Source: Promethearchaeota archaeon (GTDB lineage Archaea > Asgardarchaeota > Lokiarchaeia > Sigyniarchaeales > SOKP01). From it: a DNA stretch of 10,160 bases. A model generated the notes under the pieces. That model saw only the letters and a program-made list of their open reading frames with translations. It was not told where the DNA came from and made no database searches. The position numbers and the translations under genes are program-made. The DNA lies in NCBI GenBank assembly GCA_011364975.1, contig RDOE01000106.1, forward strand, positions 1 through 10,160, written 5' to 3'. Below, piece by piece: positions 1 through 6,881 of this stretch (positions within the stretch are counted from its first letter, which is position 1; every line of letters starts with the position of its first letter).

Positions 1-76
1 TATTAACATTTTAATATTATAGTTAAATTCTTTTTACTAACCTTATTATTCTCCTATTGTAAACTTATAAATGATA

Positions 77-90
77 GAAAGCTTTATATA
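77..90 (+). promoter_or_regulatory. Archaeal promoter (BRE + TATA box) for the small-membrane-protein operon
   Basis: GAAAGC (77-82) directly followed by TTTATATA (83-90); the expected TSS is around 113-116, upstream of SD AGGTGA and GTG at 160. Confidence 0.65.
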
Positions 91-91
91 T

Positions 92-135
92 GATGTTAAG
101 TAGACTTTACATGGGATGTTAAACAAACTTTACAT
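92..135. promoter_or_regulatory. Tandem pair of palindromic operator sites (ATGTTAA-N6-TTTACAT), 23-bp period
   Basis: GATGTTAAGTAGACTTTACAT (92-112) and GATGTTAAACAAACTTTACAT (115-135) are 18/21 identical; each is an imperfect inverted repeat and they lie immediately 3' of the TATA box. Confidence 0.7.
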
Positions 136-159
136 CCAACAATTAAAGGTGATTAAAAA

Positions 160-387
160 GTGATAACGAATAATGAGATTTTTAATGAGGAATTGTATGA
201 AGAAATTTATAATTATATCAAATCCAAGGAGATTTCTCGAAAAAAAGAAATTTTGAGTAAAATATTCTTTCAAAATGTGAGAAATAAATCTCTAATGCTC
301 AATAAAGTAAAGCAAGGCTTTATTTTAATAGCAGGTCTTGCGTGTATCACTTTGCACATAGTTCTATTATTTTTGAAACTAATGTAA
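160..387 (+). CDS. Hypothetical small membrane protein, 75 aa, single C-terminal TM helix (tail-anchored-like)
   Basis: SD AGGTGA just upstream of GTG; acidic N-terminus, basic middle, hydrophobic C-terminus GFILIAGLACITLHIVLLFL. Confidence 0.6.
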   Translation: MITNNEIFNEELYEEIYNYIKSKEISRKKEILSKIFFQNVRNKSLMLNKVKQGFILIAGLACITLHIVLLFLKLM

Positions 388-427
388 TTATTAATTATAA
401 TTTATTCCAATACGAGGTTTCGTAATA

Positions 428-574
428 ATGCAAGAAGATATAATCGATATAAAAGAAAATTTGTCTGCAGAAAAACAAATACAAGGTAAAAAGATATTAA
501 TTTTCATTTTAAAGGTAATACTGTTATTTGCCATGCCAATAATTGTCTCAATCTTAGATTACTGGTTCCTATAA
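428..574 (+). CDS. Hypothetical small membrane protein, 48 aa (not in ORF track), C-terminal TM helix
   Basis: ATG428..TAA574 = MQEDIIDIKENLSAEKQIQGKKILIFILKVILLFAMPIIVSILDYWFL; SD GAGGT at 414-418; fills the gap between neighbouring ORFs. Confidence 0.6.
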   Translation: MQEDIIDIKENLSAEKQIQGKKILIFILKVILLFAMPIIVSILDYWFL

Positions 575-630
575 GTGAATTTCTATTTAAAATTACTAAT
601 TGGACAAAATTTTAGTAGGTGAAAATAATA

Positions 631-954
631 ATGTCAAAAAAAAGTAATCATGAAGCCGAACAACGGGTAATAGCTATTCAAAGCAATCACCCTATGAAAG
701 AGATTTATAAGCAAAAATATAGCCACAATATCAATTATGGGATTGTAACTAATACTATTATACTCATATCGATAACTTTTTTTATTTTTTTTTGCTATTT
801 GATTGATAGCTTTTTAGTAAATCCTTTAGTGATCATTGGAATAATTCTAATTACTACCTTATTTTCCATTTTCAACCTACTTTCCATTTTAGAGAAAGAA
901 AGAGAGAATTCTTATAAAAACAATAAAGTTCAGAATAAAGAGGAGGAAACCTAA
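631..954 (+). CDS. Hypothetical membrane protein, 107 aa, two TM helices
   Basis: The track's GTG619 lies inside the SD AGGTGA (617-622), so ATG631 is the more likely start; two hydrophobic segments IVTNTIILISITFFIFFCYLI and LVIIGIILITTLFSIFNLLSIL. Confidence 0.7.
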   Translation: MSKKSNHEAEQRVIAIQSNHPMKEIYKQKYSHNINYGIVTNTIILISITFFIFFCYLIDSFLVNPLVIIGIILITTLFSIFNLLSILEKERENSYKNNKVQNKEEET

Positions 955-955
955 A

Positions 956-1144
956 TTGTCTGAAAAAAATATAATAGATTCAACAATCGATAAAAAGGAT
1001 AATAATGGTTTAAAAGTATTTGGGATAATAATGGCATATATTCTCTTATTTATTGTACAACTACAGTCTAAGATTAAAAATAAATCATTATTAAAAGAAA
1101 AAAGTCAAATTTATAACTTGGAAGGTGAGAATGATAATGAATAG
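956..1144 (+). CDS. Hypothetical small membrane protein, 62 aa, central TM helix
   Basis: TTG start 1 nt after the previous stop; strong SD GAGGAGG (940-946); TM segment VFGIIMAYILLFIV. Confidence 0.65.
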   Translation: MSEKNIIDSTIDKKDNNGLKVFGIIMAYILLFIVQLQSKIKNKSLLKEKSQIYNLEGENDNE

Positions 1145-1262
1145 CCGAAGAATCTTTTGGCTTCGCTTCTATTTTAATTTTTTCATTATGATATTAATTT
1201 CATTGCTTCCTTTTATCTTTAAAAATATTACAAAAAAAGAAATAAAAATGAGGGAATTATAG
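1137..1262 (+). CDS. Hypothetical small membrane protein, 41 aa (not in ORF track; alternative start ATG1131)
   Basis: SD AGGTGA (1123-1128); overlaps the previous stop (ATGAATAG); MNSRRIFWLRFYFNFFIMILISLLPFIFKNITKKEIKMREL. Confidence 0.5.
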   Translation: MNSRRIFWLRFYFNFFIMILISLLPFIFKNITKKEIKMREL

Positions 1263-1268
1263 TAATAG

Positions 1269-1288
1269 TCTTTTTTGTTTTCTTTTGG
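1269..1288 (+). terminator. Probable archaeal oligo-T terminator
   Basis: TCTTTTTTGTTTTCTTTTGG right after the last small ORF. Confidence 0.45.
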
Positions 1289-1495
1289 TAATTTTTAACT
1301 CATAAGATTTAAAAGTAACAATTCTATCAATCCAAGATTCGAAATTATAGCAATAAATACAAAAACCATTGCATAAAATCTCAATTCAAAAAGCTTAAAC
1401 TTTCTTATTAAAGATAGTAAAATCTTTAATATACGTTTCAATCATTTGCAATAATATAACTTAATTAAAATTAAAACAACTTAAGGTGAATATAA

Positions 1496-2062
1496 ATTTC
1501 ATACGACAGCTCTAAAAATAGATATTATGTTAAAGGAAAATATGAAGCGGCAATAGGAACCTTTGGAGTAGGACTTGTCTTTCTTTTTGTTGCAATTTTA
1601 TCATTAATATTTAATGCATTTAATATTCCATTTATCGGGCTTGCTTGGTGGGGATATTGGCTATTTATTCCAGCTTTTTTCATCATGCTTGGAGGATTTC
1701 AGCAAATCTACACAAATTCGAGATTTCAAAAAGCTGTTAAGGTAGCTATTTTGGATCGGGGAAATACAGGCACACATAAGTTAGAGGATATTGCCTTAGA
1801 AGTGGGAATTAAACCTAAAGATGTACTTAGAGTATTAGCAGATCTACGTGCAAAAGCGCAAATTACCTATCGATTTAATTCCAACACTGGAGAAATTATT
1901 CTTGGGGAAAAAGTGAACTATGCTCCCGCAACAGAATTCGTTGCGCCTCCAAAAAAGCTAGATGCACCATTACCGACAGAAGGCAAAAGTTATTGTGTGT
2001 ATTGTGGTAATAAAATAGGAGAAAATGCTCAATTTTGTTCTTTTTGTGGTTCAAAGCTCTAA
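1496..2062 (+). CDS. Membrane-anchored protein: 2 TM + winged-helix (PCI-like) + C-terminal zinc ribbon, 188 aa; probable ATT start
   Basis: The frame of the track ORF (1685) is open back to an in-frame TAA at 1493-1495; the extension encodes two TM helices (…GVGLVFLFVAILSLIF…LAWWGYWLFIPAFFIML); SD AAGGTGA 1483-1489; wHTH-like LEDIALEVGIKPKDVLRVLADL…; CVYCG…CSFCG zinc ribbon. Confidence 0.75.
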   Translation: MSYDSSKNRYYVKGKYEAAIGTFGVGLVFLFVAILSLIFNAFNIPFIGLAWWGYWLFIPAFFIMLGGFQQIYTNSRFQKAVKVAILDRGNTGTHKLEDIALEVGIKPKDVLRVLADLRAKAQITYRFNSNTGEIILGEKVNYAPATEFVAPPKKLDAPLPTEGKSYCVYCGNKIGENAQFCSFCGSKL

Positions 2063-2150
2063 TAATTAGACATTAACACTTACAGTTAAAATCTATTCTA
2101 AAATTATTTTTTAAAATACTTATTAGTTCTAAATTTATGAAGGCATGTAG

Positions 2151-2197
2151 TATTATATATATGTAAAAAATTGTATAAAAATTCTCGATCGAGAGGT
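2151..2197 (+). promoter_or_regulatory. TATA box, 12-bp palindrome and SD upstream of the kinase gene
   Basis: TTATATAT 2153-2160; perfect palindrome TCTCGATCGAGA 2183-2194 overlapping SD GAGAGGT 2191-2197. Confidence 0.5.
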
Positions 2198-2202
2198 TTA
2201 AA

Positions 2203-3240
2203 TTGAAAAATAAAGTCTTAACATTTGGAGAAATAATGCTCAGACTCTCACCTCCAAATTATAAACGCTTTACTCAAGCACGGTCATTTGATGTTATTTA
2301 TGGAGGAGGAGAAGCAAATGTTGCAGTGTCACTTGCCAATTTTGGAATTTCTGTAGACTTTATCACAAGATTACCTAATAATGAGATTGGAGATGCATGT
2401 GCTCAATTTCTACGGCAATATGGTGTAAATGTGGATAAAATTGTACGAGGAGGTGATCGTTTAGGGATATATTATCTTGAAATGGGTGCATCGGCTCGTA
2501 GTAGTAAAGTAATATATGATCGTGCAAACTCTGCGATTGCAACTTCAGATATTACCATGTTTGACTGGAATGTTCTTTTAGAAGGTGTGAAATGGTTTCA
2601 CATAACAGGTATTACTCCGGCAATCTCTCAAAACCTAGCAGATATTTGTATTGATGCTGTTAAAACCGCAAAATCAAAAAATGTGATTGTTTCTTGCGAT
2701 CTCAACTATCGTAGTAAATTATGGAAATATGGGAAAAATCCATCCGAAATTATGCAAGAATTAATAAAACAATGTGATTATATTATAGCAAATGAGGAAG
2801 ATGCTGATAAAGTTTTAGGGATTAAAGCTCCCGATACTGATATTAATTCCGGAGCATTAGATCCTGCAAAGTACAAGATTGTTGTACAAGAAATAATAAG
2901 GCAATTCCCAAGATTAAAAGGAGTTGCGATAACTTTGAGAGGCTCTCTTTCAGCCAGCCATAATACTTGGACGGCCGTCTTTTATGATGGAAAAAAACTT
3001 TATATAAGTCCTCTTTATGATATTCCTCATATCATTGATAGAGTTGGTGGTGGAGACTCATTTGTTGCAGGATTAATTTATGGTTTTCTAACCTTTGGTA
3101 ATAATTTTCAACAAATCCTTAATTTTGCAGTAGCCGCATCATGTTTAAAACATACCATTTATGGCGATTTTAATTTGGTATCTGTTGAAGAGGTAATGAA
3201 AATCATGGAAGGAAACGTTTCAGGAAGAGTATCTCGATAA
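2203..3240 (+). CDS. kdgK: PfkB-family sugar kinase, 2-keto-3-deoxygluconate kinase-like
   Basis: FGEIMLRL, GGGEANVAVSLA, YDRANSA, CDLNYRSKLW, NEED and DRVGGGDSF motifs typical of the KdgK subfamily; TTG start with SD. Confidence 0.88.
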   Translation: MKNKVLTFGEIMLRLSPPNYKRFTQARSFDVIYGGGEANVAVSLANFGISVDFITRLPNNEIGDACAQFLRQYGVNVDKIVRGGDRLGIYYLEMGASARSSKVIYDRANSAIATSDITMFDWNVLLEGVKWFHITGITPAISQNLADICIDAVKTAKSKNVIVSCDLNYRSKLWKYGKNPSEIMQELIKQCDYIIANEEDADKVLGIKAPDTDINSGALDPAKYKIVVQEIIRQFPRLKGVAITLRGSLSASHNTWTAVFYDGKKLYISPLYDIPHIIDRVGGGDSFVAGLIYGFLTFGNNFQQILNFAVAASCLKHTIYGDFNLVSVEEVMKIMEGNVSGRVSR

Positions 3241-3300
3241 AGAAAGAATTAAAATTTTAAAGTATTAAAAAAGAATAAACACTTAAAATTGTGGGATAGA

Positions 3301-4101
3301 ATGGAAAATTATGAAAAAATGATAATAACTGCTACAACAGCAAATTCATGGATTTATCCTGAATTAAAAAATTGGGCAGATAATACTGATGATTTAATCG
3401 AAGATGTGGTTAAATGTTATGAAGCAGGAGCCGCAATCGCCCATATACATTTACCAAGAGGCGAGGAGGTTGACACGGTTAAGAAAATAAGGGAAAAATG
3501 TGATATTATCATACAAGCGGGTATGTCAAGTTATCCTATTGAAGCAAGGGCTCCTGATTTCCATGCAAAACCTGATATGCTTTCTGTAATTGCAAATCAT
3601 CACGCAGAACATTTCCCTAATGGTAATGTTGATGTAATTCATGATATTTCTGAATTAGAAGAATATTGTGTTGCCTGTAAAGAATTTAATATTAAAATAG
3701 AATGGGAAGTATGGCATACCGGATCTTACTGGAATTTGAATTATTTAATTAATAAGAAATTATTAGAACCCCCCTATGTCTTAACACTGTTTTTTGATTG
3801 GCCTGGAGGAACGTGGTCTCCACCAACAGCAGATGAATATTTACATAGAATTAAATATATGCCTGATAATTCTATGCATACTATTAGTGTTATGGGAAAA
3901 GAACAAACTAAAATTGCAGTACTAGCCATTCAACTCGGAGGAAATGTACGCGTAGGAACAGAAGATTTCCCTTTTATTAAGGAAGGACATCCCGCAAAAA
4001 GTAATGCTGAACTTGTGGCAAGAATGTCAAGGATTAGTAAAGAAATGGGTCGTGAAACTGCTGATCCCTCTGAAGCAAGAAAAATCTTAGGAATTCGATA
4101 A
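3301..4101 (+). CDS. BKACE / DUF849 (3-keto-5-aminohexanoate cleavage-like) beta-keto-acid cleavage enzyme, divergent
   Basis: IITA N-terminus, CYEAGAAIAHIH (Zn HxH), GGNVRVGTED, SNAELV…ADPSEARKILG; start ATG3301 preferred (TTG3289 possible). Confidence 0.88.
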   Translation: MENYEKMIITATTANSWIYPELKNWADNTDDLIEDVVKCYEAGAAIAHIHLPRGEEVDTVKKIREKCDIIIQAGMSSYPIEARAPDFHAKPDMLSVIANHHAEHFPNGNVDVIHDISELEEYCVACKEFNIKIEWEVWHTGSYWNLNYLINKKLLEPPYVLTLFFDWPGGTWSPPTADEYLHRIKYMPDNSMHTISVMGKEQTKIAVLAIQLGGNVRVGTEDFPFIKEGHPAKSNAELVARMSRISKEMGRETADPSEARKILGIR

Positions 4102-4144
4102 TTCACATTATTTTTCATATTAATCACTCGCTTTTTTAAAAAAG

Positions 4145-5284
4145 ATGTCAGACGCAAAAGCAGATTTCCAAAGCGCTATACTAAATATTTTCGCTGGAAA
4201 AAATATTAAACAGATTGTTTTTAGCCCAAGAATATATTATTGGTATCTTGGTAATCGTCTCTACCTCAGAAAAAGAAAGATTAATAATCCTAATATACCA
4301 TCCTATTTTTTACAGAAAACCCAATTAGAAATTTTTGATATATTAAGAGCAAGTCCTCGATATTCCGAAGAAACACTCTATTTGCCATTATTACGTGAAA
4401 ATATCATGCCAAAGGCAAAAATAAAAATAATACGGGAAAAAGGAGCTAAACCTGGGGAGAGTGTGATTATTTATAAAACTCCGAGAGGAATTCTTAGACA
4501 AGTTGAAAGCATAGGTGGTGGTTTAGGAGCTCATATTACAGAATATCCTATAAAAACAATTGAAGATTTAGACATTATGAAATATATTTTGGAAAATACT
4601 AAAGTTGAATTCTTAGAGAGAAACTTTGAGAAAGCAGAACAACAATTTGGAAAACGTTGTGTAGTTAGTACTTATATCTCAAAATCTCCTTACCAAAAAT
4701 TAGTGACTCAATTCATAGGTTTTATTAAATTAATTCTATTATTAAAGCGCTTTCCAAGTAAAATCGAGAATTTTATGAAGTTTTTAGAACAATGGGATAA
4801 TCAGTTGTATGACCAAATATCTAAATCTTCATTAAAAATTGTAAATTTTGGTGAAAATCTTGATGCAAATTTAAGTCCACCGCCATTTTTTGAAAAGTAT
4901 CTTATTCCCTATTATGAAAAAAGAGTAAAACAACTTCATCACTCAGGAAAGTATTGTCATGTTCATATTGATGGCTCTTTAAGAGATTTTTTACCTTATT
5001 TTCAATATTTACCATTTGATGGGCTAGAAGCTTTAACTGCAAAACCTCAAGGAGATGTAAGCTTAGAAGAGATAAAAGATTCTATTGGAGATAAGATTCT
5101 TTTAGATGGTATTCCCTCGATTTTATTCTTAAAGCAATACTCGAATGATTATCTTAAGGATTATGTTCGTCAGATTTTAGATTTATTCTCTCCAAAGCTA
5201 ATATTAGGCATTTCTGATGAGCTCTCTCCTAATGGTGATATAAGAAAAGTTGAAATGATATCAGAAATTATTAATAAAATGTGA
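4145..5284 (+). CDS. Uroporphyrinogen decarboxylase / MtaA-CmuA TIM-barrel family protein (function unknown)
   Basis: YKTPRGIL…TEYPIKTIEDL, LSPPFFEKYLIPYY, HVHIDG, ILLDGIP and LILGISDELSP motifs. Confidence 0.8.
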   Translation: MSDAKADFQSAILNIFAGKNIKQIVFSPRIYYWYLGNRLYLRKRKINNPNIPSYFLQKTQLEIFDILRASPRYSEETLYLPLLRENIMPKAKIKIIREKGAKPGESVIIYKTPRGILRQVESIGGGLGAHITEYPIKTIEDLDIMKYILENTKVEFLERNFEKAEQQFGKRCVVSTYISKSPYQKLVTQFIGFIKLILLLKRFPSKIENFMKFLEQWDNQLYDQISKSSLKIVNFGENLDANLSPPPFFEKYLIPYYEKRVKQLHHSGKYCHVHIDGSLRDFLPYFQYLPFDGLEALTAKPQGDVSLEEIKDSIGDKILLDGIPSILFLKQYSNDYLKDYVRQILDLFSPKLILGISDELSPNGDIRKVEMISEIINKM

Positions 5285-5326
5285 AAATTAAATAAAGTAA
5301 TAATTTATTGTTTATGGTAAAGTAAT

Positions 5327-6079
5327 ATGAAATTAAAAGGAAAAGTAGCTATTGTAACTGGAGCTGGTGCAGGAATTGGAGAAGCAACTGCTTTTCTTCT
5401 TGCTAGAGAAGGAGCCCTATTATCTTGTAATTCTTTAACCGAATCTGCTCTTAAAGTTACTGAAAAGATAAATAATGCGGGAGGTACAGCTTTATTCATC
5501 AAGGGAGATGTCTCTAAAGAAGAGGATGCAAAAAAAATCGTTGAAAATACAATTGATAAATTTGGTAAGCTTGACATTTTGTTTAACAATGCTGGTATAG
5601 TATTGGGGGGAACCATTGACTCTATATCTACAGTGGATTGGGATAAAACGATGGATGTGAATGTTCGCAGTGTGTATTTAGTATCTAAATATGCAATACC
5701 TTTTTTAACAAAGACACACGGGTGTATTATCAATAATGCTTCATCAGTCGCATTTAAAGGGGTTCAAAACCGAGCTGCTTATACTGCATCCAAAGGAGCT
5801 GTATTGTCACTCACACGAGCGATGGCTGCGGATTACATAAAGGATAAAGTCCGAGTGAACGCAATATGTCCCGGTACCACAGACACTCCCTCTTTAGCGG
5901 ATAGAATTAGAAGTAAAGGAGGAGATTATCAGCAAGAAAGAAAAACATATATCGATAGGCAACCGTTAGGGAGATTAGGAAAACCAGAAGAAATAGCCGA
6001 AGGTGTATTGTTTTTGATATTAAATGAATTTTGTACCGGTACAAGTCTTTTAGTCGATGGGGGAATGGTCAATTTCTAA
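5327..6079 (+). CDS. SDR oxidoreductase, BDH2 / 2-keto-3-deoxy-L-fuconate dehydrogenase-like
   Basis: TGAGAGIG, NNAG, YTASK catalytic motif, and ICPGTTDTPSLADRI segment characteristic of BDH2/KDF-dehydrogenase-like SDRs. Confidence 0.88.
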   Translation: MKLKGKVAIVTGAGAGIGEATAFLLAREGALLSCNSLTESALKVTEKINNAGGTALFIKGDVSKEEDAKKIVENTIDKFGKLDILFNNAGIVLGGTIDSISTVDWDKTMDVNVRSVYLVSKYAIPFLTKTHGCIINNASSVAFKGVQNRAAYTASKGAVLSLTRAMAADYIKDKVRVNAICPGTTDTPSLADRIRSKGGDYQQERKTYIDRQPLGRLGKPEEIAEGVLFLILNEFCTGTSLLVDGGMVNF

Positions 6080-6090
6080 AAATTCATAAT

Positions 6091-6870
6091 TTATCTTGCC
6101 ACCCAGCCACCATCTAGTCGTAAATCTGCTCCCGTCATGTAAGAAGATTCTTCTGTAGCTAAAAAAAGGATTCCAGTTGATATTTCTTCTGCCTTAGCCC
6201 AGCGCCCCATAACGCCCTCTTGTTCAAATTCTCTTTTTACTTCTTCATACAATAATCCCCTATCTTTAGCTTGTTTAGCTACATCACTCTGAAGCATTGG
6301 AGTATCTGTTGCACCTGGGCTAACACTATTTACTCTAACATTATAGGGTGCAAGGTCTAATGCTAATGCGCGCGTATATCCAAGAACTGCAGCTTTAGTT
6401 GAGCAGTAATTTGCATGAGCTATTTGACCGATATGAGCTGCTACCGATGCTAATGTAATGATGGTTCCAAACTTTTGTTTTTTAAAATAGGGTACTGCAT
6501 ACTTACAGGTATAATGAGTGCCCTTTATATTAACATTAATGAGTAAATCTAAATCACTATCTGGGAACGATTCCACATCTCCTACCCTAACTACACCAGC
6601 ATTTACAACAAGAACATCTATTCTCCCAAATTTCTCGATCGTTAAATCGATCATTGCTTTGACTTCATCTTGATTTCTTACATCAACGATAATGATTTTG
6701 GTTCTAGCTTTAGCATTATCATCAATAAGTTTATAAGTTTCATTTAACCCTTTTTCGTCTATATCAGAAAGGATTTGAGTGGCTCCTTCTTTAGCAAATA
6801 AAGTAGCAGTAGCACGTCCAATACCGGAAGCGGCTCCTGTTAAGACTACAATTTTATCCTTCAATCTCAT
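6091..6870 (-). CDS. SDR family NAD-dependent oxidoreductase
   Basis: TGAASGIG, SDID (Asp, NAD preference), VNAG, YCSTK, VSPGATDTPM; SD AGGAGG overlapping the upstream stop. Confidence 0.9.
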   Translation of the reverse strand: MRLKDKIVVLTGAASGIGRATATLFAKEGATQILSDIDEKGLNETYKLIDDNAKARTKIIIVDVRNQDEVKAMIDLTIEKFGRIDVLVVNAGVVRVGDVESFPDSDLDLLINVNIKGTHYTCKYAVPYFKKQKFGTIITLASVAAHIGQIAHANYCSTKAAVLGYTRALALDLAPYNVRVNSVSPGATDTPMLQSDVAKQAKDRGLLYEEVKREFEQEGVMGRWAKAEEISTGILFLATEESSYMTGADLRLDGGWVAR

Positions 6871-6881
6871 TTATAATCCTC

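Noticed and set aside
92-135. Direct repeats as a CRISPR remnant
   Set aside because: Only two 21-nt copies separated by 2 nt; no spacers and no cas genes
160-1262. Provirus or mobile-element origin for the small ORFs
   Set aside because: No integrase, capsid, terminal repeats or att-like sites visible; cannot be fully excluded beyond the left edge
1295-1441. 48-codon hydrophobic minus-strand ORF (TTG start; MKRILKILLSL…LLLLNLMS)
   Set aside because: No SD, overlaps the likely promoter of the 1496 gene, and its composition is explained by AT-rich intergenic DNA
3301-4101. Calling the gene kce (lysine fermentation)
   Set aside because: No kamA/kamDE/kdd/kal context in the window and the substrate-pocket motifs differ
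4131-4144. Perfect palindrome CTTTTTTAAAAAAG before the UroD-like ATG
   Set aside because: Low complexity and expected by chance in AT-rich DNA
3930-4157. 75-aa minus-strand ORF in the track
   Set aside because: Antisense shadow of the well-supported BKACE gene; no recognisable motifs
4145-5284. Calling the gene hemE or mtaA
   Set aside because: The HemE N-terminal RQAGR motif and the MtaA Cys ligands are absent
5305-5733. 142-aa minus-strand ORF in the track
   Set aside because: Antisense to an SDR gene; such shadow frames are common for SDRs
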